From the NCBI GenBank assembly GCA_965655095.1, contig CBFHFQ010000011.1, positions 248,001 to 312,000 of the forward strand: a stretch of DNA of 64,000 bases, read 5' to 3'. Source of the stretch: Haplodiscus bocki (lineage: Eukaryota). The position numbers and the translations under genes were made by a program. Under the pieces are notes generated by a model that was not told the origin of the DNA, did not search any database, and saw nothing but the letters and a program-made list of their open reading frames with translations. Position 1 is the first letter of the stretch. Every line of letters begins with the position of its first letter. Of this stretch, positions 39,072 through 49,893 are shown piece by piece.

Positions 39072-42000
39072 ATGTCAAAGCAAAACAGCAAAGGAAACTT
39101 AAAGCGTCGACGTTGTACTTCCTGTGGACAATTTGTTGGAGAACATCATGTGTGTGCAAAATCAATTGAAGTTGAACTTCAGGCCAATGAGTCTTTAGGA
39201 ATTTTATACAAAATTCCCGATGCTTCAGTTTCTGTCTCACCTGCCGCGAGAACGGAGATACACAGCTCGCTGAACACTTTGGGGTTGATTGACTTTTGGA
39301 AGCCTATAGTAACAGCTATCGGAAATGATACAGTTATCTGCTCCACGCAGCCAGTCCGGGTAACAGCAGTGCTTGGGGACGGTAATTGCCTTTTTTCCTC
39401 TCTGGCAGTTGCTCTCGGGCTGTCACATGAATGTGGCCCAATCATACGAAACATTATTGTCAGCCACATGAATTTAATCAGTTTCCCCCCTAATAGCCTG
39501 CAAACATCTGTTTACTCCGACGACTTTCCCAACCAACATCATATTTTGAATTGTACTTCCGTCCATGAGTACCTCCGCGAATCTAGAATGGCAGAAAATG
39601 GCGTTTTTGGAAGCTGTGTTGAAATATATTCATTTTGCCAAATCTTCAAAGTCGATGTTTTTTTGTACCATGTTCCGTTCCAATCCTGGATGATTTATGA
39701 ATGTTCCTCCAACGTAAATCGAGAAGGAATTTTCATTCAACAAAACAGGAATGCAAATCACTTCGAGGTGATAACAGAGCTAGTTTCACTTGGTCCTGAA
39801 AGCTCCAGCGTAGCGCAAGTTGCATCAATTGATCGCCCTTTTTCTCAATTAAGCGAAAATAATCACCGGACTGTAGCATTGCAGAACTGCGAAGCAACTG
39901 CAACTGAACCAGCTTCGAAAAAAAGAAAAGTCCATTCTGATTACGCCTGGGAAGAGCACCCAAAGACTCTCGCAACAAGTCCCTTGAACATTTCAGTATC
40001 TACCAATATGAAGAGACTTTCGGCCTTGGAAACATTATCAACAAATTCAGCGGACCTCCTAAACAACGATTGTTCACAAATGCTGGACGCCCCATGTTCT
40101 GCCTTTTCCAGAACAGATAGTGTTTCAACAAATATGCACACGAACAACGAGTGCCCCAGTTCGGGCGGATCTGACTGTTGCGCAAAATGCATGCGCCAGT
40201 CAACAGTTCTTTACCCTTTAAAATTGACGAGGAAGAACAAACTTGATCTTAAAAACCGTGTGTTTGGACACAAGCTAACGCAGCCCATTGTTGCTTTATG
40301 TAAGCCCTGTCTTCTCTATTGCACAACCGAAAGTTATGATTGGTACAATGCTTGGCCGTCTGTGTTTTTCAGCCTATTGAGTGATCAAGACAGGCCAGCT
40401 AGAACCCAAATGGATATTTTGTCTTTGTTACCTTGGGAATTGAGACAGCAGTGGATGACATCCATGCACTACTTTCCCCTTTGCGTTCAAAGATGTCTAA
40501 GTCAGAAACGGATTTCTGGGAAATGTTCCGTTGATGGGACGCTTCGTTTGCGTCGTTTCCAGAAACTCATGAAAACCTTAAAGCAGACTAACATAGCTCT
40601 TGCCCTGGACAATGAACCTTATCCCAACGTCCGCTGCCCATATGGGTGCTGGTGTTTCATTGAAGAATCAGGTTGGATACCCGCAAATCACTTCATCAAC
40701 TTTTTTGAGAGAAACTTTACCTCGTTCCAGTCCTCCAGCCTCCTGCATCTAAGAGGAATTAGGTCCGACTTTTTAACACCATTTGTGTCCCTGCGCCAGT
40801 TCCTAGTAGCAACTACAGTGCGAGTTGATGAAAAAGTGGGACTCGTGGTTCAGACTTGCTCCATGCACTCAAGAGGCTCCAGTGTGCAGTACTTTCATCC
40901 GCCATCACATCCTTCGCTGGGGCGAACTACAGTGAATTATGAAGAACGTCTTAGTGCGATCGCACCCACATTGTCGTTCGTCTCCAGCATCAAAGCCAAC
41001 TTCGCAAGTCATACATACCAATTGCTAAGAAGTGTTGGCTCTTACAGTGGAATGAGCACAGTCCGATTGAAGCGGAAAACGCGCTGGGATTTCACTAGTG
41101 ACATTTTGTATCATGCTGAAGGCGTCGCCTGTCACTTCAGAGAAGACATTAAAACAATGATTCGTGAGTGGGTAAGACAGGGTAAAATCCTTGATGACGT
41201 AGCTTCGGGAATGCTGGATTATGTACCGGACAATAAGAAAGTCAACAGTTGTTTGTCACAGGCCACTTCAATAGACTTACAAACATGCCTGGACCTCACA
41301 AAAATAGTGGAAAAGAATGAAAAAGAGTATCTCAACAATGCTGAGCTGTTGAGCTGTTACACTCTCGTTCATGGGAATGATGATTACGGTTGCTCTCCAC
41401 CTCCTCTAGAAAATAGAGTTAGCATAGTTTCGTGGATTGTGCAGGCTGCAGCTTGTGTTTCCCCAATACTTTGTCGTTCCTTAGTGAACTCTTCAAATTA
41501 CAGTGTGACACTTAGGCCTTTGTTCACTTTACTCAGGAAAGTGTTGCTTGGCACCGGAAGAATGAATACAGCAAGAGTTTTATGTCTTGTTGAAAAATCC
41601 GAACAAGCTGTATCAGCTGTAATTGAACAAAATAAAAGTGATGACAAAACAGAAGGAACAGCCGACTGTTGTTGTTTTGTAGGAGCAAGGTTTCTATCAA
41701 AAATTTGTAACACCATTCAACACTTTCCCTTAGACAAACGGAAAAATATCGGTTCAGCCACCAGAGAGCACGTTTCGTACAACATGACCCATGCCATTTT
41801 TACGACAGGTTCCCCAAAAAGTTTGCGGAACAAGGTTGAACCACCGTTAACCCTGATTATTTCCGACAATGAATTTGAATTGATCGCAGTTGGAACGAAG
41901 GATGGAAGCAGCAAGGGAGAACCGAGGTGGTTAGTTAGACATGGAGGAAAGTTTCAAGGGTTTTGGCTCATTGAGAAAAGTACAAAATTTGCCAAAAAAA

Positions 42001-45000
42001 CAGAAGGTTCCCCGACTGATAACTTGGAAACTTTAATTCGGGGATATTGGACAATTGCGATTTATCAAATATCGAGAAATGTTGAATTGATTGATTTGAA
42101 GTGGAAATTTCTGAGCACTTTGACCGGTCAGGGTATTTTTATTTGTGGACATCACACAATTCCTTTAACCAGAGACTTCAGGAAGAGTGGTTTCCAATGT
42201 AGATGTCGTCGTGCATCGTTTTTGCGCTGCCCGCATTTGCAATGCTACTCTTGCGTTTGCAAGCGTCACTTCAATGAAGGTCTACAGCAGCAACACAGAC
42301 GTATTTTAATTGATTCAGTACCGTTGGAGAACTTAAATAAAACGAATTCCCCTTCTATAGTATCGGAATCATCTTCCTCACGGGATTTTATTGATCCCAA
42401 CATCATCTCTGCAACTGAACCAATTCAACCAGATGCGGCAACAGAAACGTTTGAGATTGCATCAAGCAACAGTTCTTCTGTCAGTTTTATTCTTCATCCG
42501 GAAAGAAATAACGAAGAATTCGAAGATGACAACGTGAGAATAATGGCAACATTAAAAACCAACCCTGATGAAAAACTGATTTCCGTGGATCATGAACGAA
42601 AAGAAGATGCTTTCAAACTACCGCTCCATATTCTTTTAAACTCACAATGCAATCTTCTTTATCGACGTAACGTGAATCCAATCAGCCTTTCCCTGAAAGA
42701 AAAACGTTTCCTTGAAAATATTTCAGCTACTTCGACGTCTGCATTACCGCTCATTCAGCCCGAAGCTCTTCTTTTCCCATCGATTTTTTGGTGTCAAGCT
42801 AGCAGCGGCAGTTTTCAAGGAGCAATACCAACTGCTTTATACAATTCATCCAAGTACAACAAACAGCTGGGTTTCGCTGGTTTGGATGACATGCTTCGAA
42901 CTCGAATCAAAGACGGTTCTCTTTTGACATCTTGCAATCCTACTTATTTGCAGTATGTGTTTGATTGCCTGTTGAACATGCAGCTTCATAAAAGTGACAT
43001 TAGGCTAATACTAAATCGAGGATGGCAAGAAGTTAATTCTGCTCCTCGTAATTGCTCATTCGTTTCGACTCAAACTTTCAAGTTTGATTGTGCGGAAAGT
43101 CGAAAAAATGTCTGCGAACTTGCGGCTTTAATTAGAGACAAAAATCCAACCTACTTTGTGACCTACACTTGTAGTCAATCGACGCACCCGGGGATTCGGA
43201 AAATCTTTGAAGCACTGCATGAAATGTATCCCGCAGAAACCACTCCGAAGGAAGTACTTTCAGCAGCAATTCAAGCTGAACTCATGCCCATGCTCAGGTC
43301 TTGGCACCGCGCCTCTCAATATGTAATGGAATGGGTGAAAAATTCACCAGAAAAACCACTGGGTCCTGTGTCTCATATTTGGATGAGGTACGAATGGCAG
43401 GAAGAGACAGCTGGCTTTCCTCACTTGCATGCTATTTTGTGCACACCAGAAGATAAATTTAGTGATGATGTACGATCTCGTGTTTGCTGTTCAAAACAAA
43501 CGTTTTTGGGTGGCTTAGAAGTCAGTTGCCCCGAATTGGACGCAGTCGAACGTTTCCATCTGGGTGAACTTTACCAAAAGTATCAAACCCATAACTGTTC
43601 CAAAGGTCGTAAACGTTGCCATAAGAAGACAGACAGGATGGAGAAACCAATTTGTCGTGTGCCTAAATATCCTCCTTCGAATTGTTTTTCTTTCAAGGAA
43701 ATTCCTGTGAACTTTTCCTGCGAAACAATGGGACTTCTGCGAGAAATGGATTTAGCAGACATAGATGAAAACTCGCTAGTCCCAAAAGTGAAAGATCCTT
43801 TAACCGCCGGAAAACATCATTATCCCACTGTTTCTAACGAACATTATTCACCAACGAACGCTGCTCTTTTTGCTTTGACACAATCCAGCACCAATGTTCA
43901 AATATGTGACGACTACATGGCCCCCCGCTACGTTGCAAAATATGCAGCCGGCATTGAATCTCGAGCAGTTGCCAAAATTGTCGCTGGTGAAACAGAAAAT
44001 AGTGTCAAAGTCTTGACAGAACCAATCGCACATGAAAAAATAGCTGGGGTACAGGCTTCGCTAAAGAAATTGAGAGGCGATGAAAAACAAAAATCGGTAA
44101 CTGGTCGTGTTGTCAGCATAACAGAGTGTCTCTGGTGGTCCTTACAACTTCCGTATGTCTGTACAAATGTCGATTTTGTTCACGTGCCAACTGTTCCCAA
44201 AGAATATCGATCTGGAATTGTCACTGAAAAACGATTTAGCAATATTATTAAGTTGGGCGCCACATTCATGGAAGGAATCCGAGTTCGGAAACACGTTTTA
44301 CAACTCCCAAAGCACCGGCAGTTCACTAGGACACAAAGTTTTCTTCTCGCAGATGTTGAAAACAGCTCTATTTCGCCAGACAAAGTAACAGTTTTTGGAC
44401 TCCGCCCACCTGAACTTTTGTTTGTCTCGAAGTTAAAAAATTACTACAGTTGGTTTGTTCGTTGTAAACCGCAAACAAAAAAATCCATCAGCAATCATGA
44501 AGTGTTCTTGAAGAGAAGCCTCCGCAGAAGTTGTTGGGTTGATGCATTGGGGTATTTGGTTAAACTACGCCCTTGTTCTGTGGACGCTTTTGTAAAATTC
44601 TGTCGTGCAAATGGTACCGATGGACGGGATGGGATTCTGAAACGCGAAATGAGAATACACATTGTTCCGTTGCTTGTGACGAAAAACGCGTCACAATTTG
44701 TTGCTCAGTGGAAGCAGTTGTCCGAAGAAAATGCCGTGGTTGTTTTCAGTAACATTTTGCCGAATAACCCAACTAAATTTCTACTACATTTGCTCTTGAC
44801 TAATGGAGAATTCGACACAGAGATGGACATTCTGAACGTGCAATCTTTCAGAGAAGCTTTCACAACAGCTAAAATTATTCCAAGCTGCAACATAAACGCT
44901 AAAACCGTGCAAAATTTAACACGAAATTATTTGCTGGAACAACTGCGTTTTGTACCTGGGTCCTCGAAACTAATTGACAAATACCTTTTAATGGCTCACA

Positions 45001-47129
45001 GTGTTCTTTCGGAGGCTCTGTTAGTAAACAGCCTTTATTTCGCTGCTGCGCTACCGCCTGTGCTGGACAGAAGTGTCATTGAAGAATACGAAGAAACACT
45101 AGCAGTGCAAATCAGTATGGAAAAATGCAAAATGGTAGCTTTTCTTCACACTTGTCAGAAACAATTACCTACTGAGCAGGCGATGCTGGATGCAACCATC
45201 ACCGTCCCTTTACTTTGGAAACCAGTCATTCAGAAAAGCCCGGATCAATGTGGAAACTCTTATACGGAACAGAAGCGTGTATTAGACAAACTGTTGAGTT
45301 CCATCGACATTTATAAAGAAGGACTCTGCAATTTCATCAGGCATCAAATTGTCTTTGGACCTCCAGGAAGTGGGAAAACGTTCGTTGTGCTGAAATCGCT
45401 TGCATATGCTTTATGCCAAGGTCTCAACTGTGTAGTGACATCTTTGGCTGCTGAAAGATCTGCCGCTTTGGCTGGAAAACATCTGAATGCCCTCATCCCA
45501 TTTCCAGTGGAAAAGCATGCTTCTGCAGAAACGCTCTCCAGAACAGCCCTTTCCAACTTACAGCGATCTCCTATTAAGTGCCGCTTTCTGCAAAATCTAC
45601 ACGTTCTTTTCGTGGAAGAATTGTCAATGATTTCTAGCGAACTTTGGGCTGCAACAGATTATGTGCTTCAGGTTATCACAGCAAATTATGTTCCATTCGG
45701 TGGGAAACTTGTTATTGCAACCGGAGATTTCTTCCAACTTCCTCCACCATCAGGATCTTGTTTGATGAGTTCTTCTTTTCCTCTCACAACTTTCACTTTT
45801 CTCAAACTGGAAAATTTCGTTCGGATGCAAAACAAAAATGGCCAAGAACTGTTGTCTTTGTTGTCAGCGACTCCAAAAACTGACGGCAATGCGAGGCGTA
45901 TCTGGGAAATAATCGATAAAGGTTGCAATTTTGTCCATTCATGGAAAGACGTACCGAATGACAGAATTCGAATTTTTGCCACTCGACAAGCAGAACGTAA
46001 AGCAACTGAAAACAAAATAATGGATGTTAAAAACAGCGGTACGCAATTTTATGAAAATGCGGCAGTTGATGAAATGTGCGTTTCAAGCACTGACAACTGG
46101 ACCGAGGCGTCGCCAAGTACATCAAAATTTCTCAACAAAAAGTGTCTTGAACCCCAGTCGTTGTTTCTGTACCCCGGTGCCATTTTACGACTAACAGTGA
46201 ACATGCCATCTATATCCGCGTATCAGGGTCAACTCTGTGTTCTACTTTCTTTGGATACAATTGAGAATGGCTCTGTGACAATTGCTCTAGCACCAGCTGG
46301 TTGCCGAAGTATTCCACCGCTTGCTGTGATCAAAAACAAATGGCGTTGTGTTGTTATCAGCAAAGAAACTGGTGTTACCCACCGATTAAACCACAAAACG
46401 GTTTGCAGACGAATCCAATTTCCACTAAAATTATTTGTTGCGTCAACCATTCATAAGACAATGGGTGAAACGCTTCCGATGGTCGCAACCCAAATAGTTG
46501 GATCGAAAGATTTCGCTTTGTGGCTTCCCGAACAACTCTATGTTGTAATGAGTCGAGTAAGAAGTCTGAATCAGCTGACTTTTGTTGGATCGAAAGAATC
46601 TAACAAACGAGCAGTTTTGAATTTAGTCTGCAAAAAATCGCAATGGGCTGAACTCACGAATGAAATTTTGACTAAAAGTTCCGCTGGTGACCCTACAATT
46701 GATCATGCAAGAGCATCTCCCTTTCCCCCTTCAATGAGAGAACTACCCGTTCAAAATCTGGGGTTCTGTTACTTGCTCCAAAGTGAACCACAGCAGCACC
46801 TTCTGTACATTGGCTCCACTATGTCGTTAGTGCGTCGTTTGCGAGAGCACAATGCAGGACTGGGTTCCGCCTTCACCAAAGTACAAAATCGCTTGCCCTG
46901 GATGGTTTGTGCTTATGTTACTGGTTTCAATTGGACTAATGCTTCAGAGAGAATCCGAGCATTCGAGAAGGAGTGGCTGAATGCGGTATCACACTACGTC
47001 AACGCAAAAAAGAAAAATGTGTCACTTCCCACAGCTATCAATTTGGGGGAAATTGTGGCAAAAAATTGGCTACACAAAGAAGATGATTTGAAACTAGTAG
47101 TGTGCTGCAGGTCATCACTTGTGTCTTGA
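39072..47129 (+). CDS. Helitron RepHel protein (~2685 aa from first ATG): Zn finger, OTU protease, HUH Rep, PIF1-family SF1B helicase, C-terminal SLX1-like GIY-YIG endonuclease
   Basis: Zn finger CTSC..HHVC. OTU GDGNCLFSSLA (~39375) and NHF (~39756). Rep motifs PTYFVTYTC (~43146), WMRYEWQEETAGFPHLHAIL (~43380) and YVAKY (~43929). Helicase motifs GPPGSGKT (~45357), FVEELSMI, FGGKLVIATGDFFQLPP, QFPLKLFVASTIHKTMGETL and QLYVVMSRV. GIY-YIG GFCYLL..LYIGST..RRLREHN..PW..GF..FEKEW (from ~46761). The ORF track starts at TTG 39060. Confidence 0.95.
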   Translation: MSKQNSKGNLKRRRCTSCGQFVGEHHVCAKSIEVELQANESLGILYKIPDASVSVSPAARTEIHSSLNTLGLIDFWKPIVTAIGNDTVICSTQPVRVTAVLGDGNCLFSSLAVALGLSHECGPIIRNIIVSHMNLISFPPNSLQTSVYSDDFPNQHHILNCTSVHEYLRESRMAENGVFGSCVEIYSFCQIFKVDVFLYHVPFQSWMIYECSSNVNREGIFIQQNRNANHFEVITELVSLGPESSSVAQVASIDRPFSQLSENNHRTVALQNCEATATEPASKKRKVHSDYAWEEHPKTLATSPLNISVSTNMKRLSALETLSTNSADLLNNDCSQMLDAPCSAFSRTDSVSTNMHTNNECPSSGGSDCCAKCMRQSTVLYPLKLTRKNKLDLKNRVFGHKLTQPIVALCKPCLLYCTTESYDWYNAWPSVFFSLLSDQDRPARTQMDILSLLPWELRQQWMTSMHYFPLCVQRCLSQKRISGKCSVDGTLRLRRFQKLMKTLKQTNIALALDNEPYPNVRCPYGCWCFIEESGWIPANHFINFFERNFTSFQSSSLLHLRGIRSDFLTPFVSLRQFLVATTVRVDEKVGLVVQTCSMHSRGSSVQYFHPPSHPSLGRTTVNYEERLSAIAPTLSFVSSIKANFASHTYQLLRSVGSYSGMSTVRLKRKTRWDFTSDILYHAEGVACHFREDIKTMIREWVRQGKILDDVASGMLDYVPDNKKVNSCLSQATSIDLQTCLDLTKIVEKNEKEYLNNAELLSCYTLVHGNDDYGCSPPPLENRVSIVSWIVQAAACVSPILCRSLVNSSNYSVTLRPLFTLLRKVLLGTGRMNTARVLCLVEKSEQAVSAVIEQNKSDDKTEGTADCCCFVGARFLSKICNTIQHFPLDKRKNIGSATREHVSYNMTHAIFTTGSPKSLRNKVEPPLTLIISDNEFELIAVGTKDGSSKGEPRWLVRHGGKFQGFWLIEKSTKFAKKTEGSPTDNLETLIRGYWTIAIYQISRNVELIDLKWKFLSTLTGQGIFICGHHTIPLTRDFRKSGFQCRCRRASFLRCPHLQCYSCVCKRHFNEGLQQQHRRILIDSVPLENLNKTNSPSIVSESSSSRDFIDPNIISATEPIQPDAATETFEIASSNSSSVSFILHPERNNEEFEDDNVRIMATLKTNPDEKLISVDHERKEDAFKLPLHILLNSQCNLLYRRNVNPISLSLKEKRFLENISATSTSALPLIQPEALLFPSIFWCQASSGSFQGAIPTALYNSSKYNKQLGFAGLDDMLRTRIKDGSLLTSCNPTYLQYVFDCLLNMQLHKSDIRLILNRGWQEVNSAPRNCSFVSTQTFKFDCAESRKNVCELAALIRDKNPTYFVTYTCSQSTHPGIRKIFEALHEMYPAETTPKEVLSAAIQAELMPMLRSWHRASQYVMEWVKNSPEKPLGPVSHIWMRYEWQEETAGFPHLHAILCTPEDKFSDDVRSRVCCSKQTFLGGLEVSCPELDAVERFHLGELYQKYQTHNCSKGRKRCHKKTDRMEKPICRVPKYPPSNCFSFKEIPVNFSCETMGLLREMDLADIDENSLVPKVKDPLTAGKHHYPTVSNEHYSPTNAALFALTQSSTNVQICDDYMAPRYVAKYAAGIESRAVAKIVAGETENSVKVLTEPIAHEKIAGVQASLKKLRGDEKQKSVTGRVVSITECLWWSLQLPYVCTNVDFVHVPTVPKEYRSGIVTEKRFSNIIKLGATFMEGIRVRKHVLQLPKHRQFTRTQSFLLADVENSSISPDKVTVFGLRPPELLFVSKLKNYYSWFVRCKPQTKKSISNHEVFLKRSLRRSCWVDALGYLVKLRPCSVDAFVKFCRANGTDGRDGILKREMRIHIVPLLVTKNASQFVAQWKQLSEENAVVVFSNILPNNPTKFLLHLLLTNGEFDTEMDILNVQSFREAFTTAKIIPSCNINAKTVQNLTRNYLLEQLRFVPGSSKLIDKYLLMAHSVLSEALLVNSLYFAAALPPVLDRSVIEEYEETLAVQISMEKCKMVAFLHTCQKQLPTEQAMLDATITVPLLWKPVIQKSPDQCGNSYTEQKRVLDKLLSSIDIYKEGLCNFIRHQIVFGPPGSGKTFVVLKSLAYALCQGLNCVVTSLAAERSAALAGKHLNALIPFPVEKHASAETLSRTALSNLQRSPIKCRFLQNLHVLFVEELSMISSELWAATDYVLQVITANYVPFGGKLVIATGDFFQLPPPSGSCLMSSSFPLTTFTFLKLENFVRMQNKNGQELLSLLSATPKTDGNARRIWEIIDKGCNFVHSWKDVPNDRIRIFATRQAERKATENKIMDVKNSGTQFYENAAVDEMCVSSTDNWTEASPSTSKFLNKKCLEPQSLFLYPGAILRLTVNMPSISAYQGQLCVLLSLDTIENGSVTIALAPAGCRSIPPLAVIKNKWRCVVISKETGVTHRLNHKTVCRRIQFPLKLFVASTIHKTMGETLPMVATQIVGSKDFALWLPEQLYVVMSRVRSLNQLTFVGSKESNKRAVLNLVCKKSQWAELTNEILTKSSAGDPTIDHARASPFPPSMRELPVQNLGFCYLLQSEPQQHLLYIGSTMSLVRRLREHNAGLGSAFTKVQNRLPWMVCAYVTGFNWTNASERIRAFEKEWLNAVSHYVNAKKKNVSLPTAINLGEIVAKNWLHKEDDLKLVVCCRSSLVS

Positions 47130-47706
47130 AAAGTCGTACTTTAGGAGAAAGCCGCTCAAAAACTTATGGATTAGTTTCGGATAATTGTTTTACTTGCTCA
47201 CAAACTTCCTTGCCTTGACAGCGATACGCATCGACTGCATAGTGGTGCATTGGTGAACTTCGCTTTATGTTATGCTGCAACCGCATCGGCTGCAGAGTGA
47301 TGTACCAAGTAGCACGTGCAACAACATGAACCTTTTTGCTGGAAACGATAATGCTTCGACTGCATAGTGTTGCATTATCTATTTTGCAGTTGAGATGATT
47401 TGTTGCTAATTACTTGTATGTGTCTGTTTAATTCATTAGCTTGAGGGGATTGACTTTCACTGAACCTGATCTGATGGACTTTAATATTCCAAGCACTAGA
47501 AACAGTCCATTTAAAAATGCGCCGTTAATTTTGGACAATAGAAATTAGGTTACTTTCAAGTTTTTTTGAAAAACAATTATAATCATACGTTAATTGACAA
47601 ATTTTGACATTGTTGATTGAGGCACTCTTGTTACTGTATCCCCGTATTCGGGGATGATACCTGAAGCTGCAGAAACCGACGTTTTTCACAGTGCTTCCAG
47701 ATCATT

Positions 47707-48580
47707 ATGGCTCATTTGATCATAACCGACTCTCTGGGCGTACAACTGGAAGGTGTGCTTGAAAGTTTGGCAGTTAAAAGTTTTCCTGGCGCCAGAGCGG
47801 CGGACCAACGTGTAACGAGTTTCCTGGAAAATTTGCGGCGCCGCTTTCAATCCATTACAATTTTCATTGGAGGGAATGGCCTTTCCAATTGGGGCCGGCG
47901 TCCAGCTGAAACTCCAGAACAGGTAAAGCTTAAGTGATGTTTCATGGGGTTACTGTTTGCAAAATCAAATTAGACGACAGTAAAATTTGAAATGTTTTTG
48001 TGTTTTGTCAAATCCTTTATTGAAATACGTTAGTAAAAGTCTAGGAAAACGTTGTTTTCAATTCTGCGTCTTTCTACTGGTGCTTTAACTAGTGCTACGT
48101 GCAAACTATTTTTGAACCGTTACTTTGGGTTTTTAATATCTCAGCAGTACTTCATTTGTTTTCCCTTTTTTCCTGTTGTTTTATTATTAGGTGTTCCTTG
48201 ATATCTTGAACCTTGTGAGAATTGCCGAGAGAAAATGCGACAAAGTATACTGCCTGGGCTTAGTAATGCGAAGCCAACCGTGCTTCCTTGCAGTGAAAGA
48301 AATAAACCGAATGCTGCGAACATCCATTGGACACTACACTTACGTATCCGTGTCATCTAAAATGTCATCTGAAAGAAATCTTAAAGACGGAGTGCATTTG
48401 TCTCAGCACGGCGTGACCAACATCCTGTGGATTATAAAAAGACGGATTTTAGGTAACAAATGTGTACAGCAGTACATTAGAATGTTGAAAAACAGTATTG
48501 ATTCCAGTAATTTGCGCTTGATATCAACTTTCCAGCAATTGAATGTTTCTAGCTCTAAACTCTTTGGAATTTATCTATAG
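47707..48580 (+). CDS. Two-exon SGNH hydrolase of H2, 201 aa; join(47707..47922,48191..48580)
   Basis: Same splice sites and motifs as in H1. The H1 stop TAG is CAG here, which extends the C-terminus by 37 aa. Confidence 0.8.
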
Positions 48581-49893
48581 AAGGGTTACGTTTTTTCCAT
48601 AAACTTCCATTCTAACACCAATGTTGTTTAGGACTCTCCCATCGCAAAAACCGCTACGTGCACTGGAAATGGTGAAGATCTGGCCGTGAGTTGTTCTAGG
48701 CTTCAATTGCAAGTTTCTTGAAAATGGTATTACAATCTTGGTCGTTGCACCTATGTTTCGAATACTCTTGGTAGTTTTTTCATGATAACACAATTTAGAA
48801 ATTTTATTGGTGCTACCATTAAAAACAAACAAAGGTGCTTTTTTGATTTCGAATAATCTTGGCTAATTGACGCTGCTAGGACAGTGTTTTAATTTTTTTT
48901 TCGTGTCGCTTTCGATTTGTAATTTGTTACTGATTAAATTGTAAAAGAGTTCGACCGCATGGTGGCCTCTACTTCTTTGGAGTTTTGAAAATTTTTTGTT
49001 CCATACACCTTGCATTTTGGCGTACATTAAAACATGTTTATTATTTTAAACTTTGTCTTCGTGCCTCATTCAATTTAAAGTTGGTTTGTGATGACGCTGT
49101 AAAGAGTTCAACCGCATGGTGATCTGTACGTCTATGAAGTTTTGATGCTTCGTTGTCATTGGAACAATTTTGTGATGGTCGCCGTCCGCTATGAGTCGTC
49201 ACAAGTCCTTCATGTTTTCGCTGAAATAGTGTACTCCATAGTTACATTGTTTGTTAAAAACTTTTGTTATTTTAAATTTTTGAGGGTGATCAACTAACCT
49301 TGGCCATACTCTTAGAAGGATTGTTCATATTTTTTGAATAAAATTTTCTTTCGAAATGTTTGTTCTTGTCCGCGCAAAAAACGTTATAGCAAACATTGTG
49401 CAGGTTTGAGCTCGTATTAAACTTCAGTTGTGGAACATCTGCAATGAAAATATAATGTATAATGCTTAACTTTCTACAAGTTTTGTGGACAAAAAAAACC
49501 GATGTAATAACGGTGTATTCGAGTGCATTGATCACCAATTTTTTTCTATTGCCTTGAGTGTTACTGATCGATAAAGCGTGATGCGTTGAACAGTAAGCTA
49601 ACTGTAAATGTAACATAACATTTCTATGAAATAAACTTAATGATAAAGAAGATTTGAGAACTCTGAATAATTGAGAAACTTGTGATTTTTTTGATAAACA
49701 AGTTGCTTTACTTGAAGCAATAGCGCTAATTGACTGTAATAAATGCTTCAAACCGAAATTACTTGCCTGTTGACTTCATTGAACCTTATAGGAAAATGCG
49801 TTCACAGAATCTTTAAAAAAAGGAAAAAGCATGGTTTTGAATGTTCCAATTTTTCAATTCTCAGGCAGCTTCAACCACGTTTGATTTCAGACT

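Noticed and set aside
49290-49751. 153-aa minus-strand ORF in H2
   Set aside because: It is not open in H1, lies in AT-rich sequence and has no recognisable motifs.
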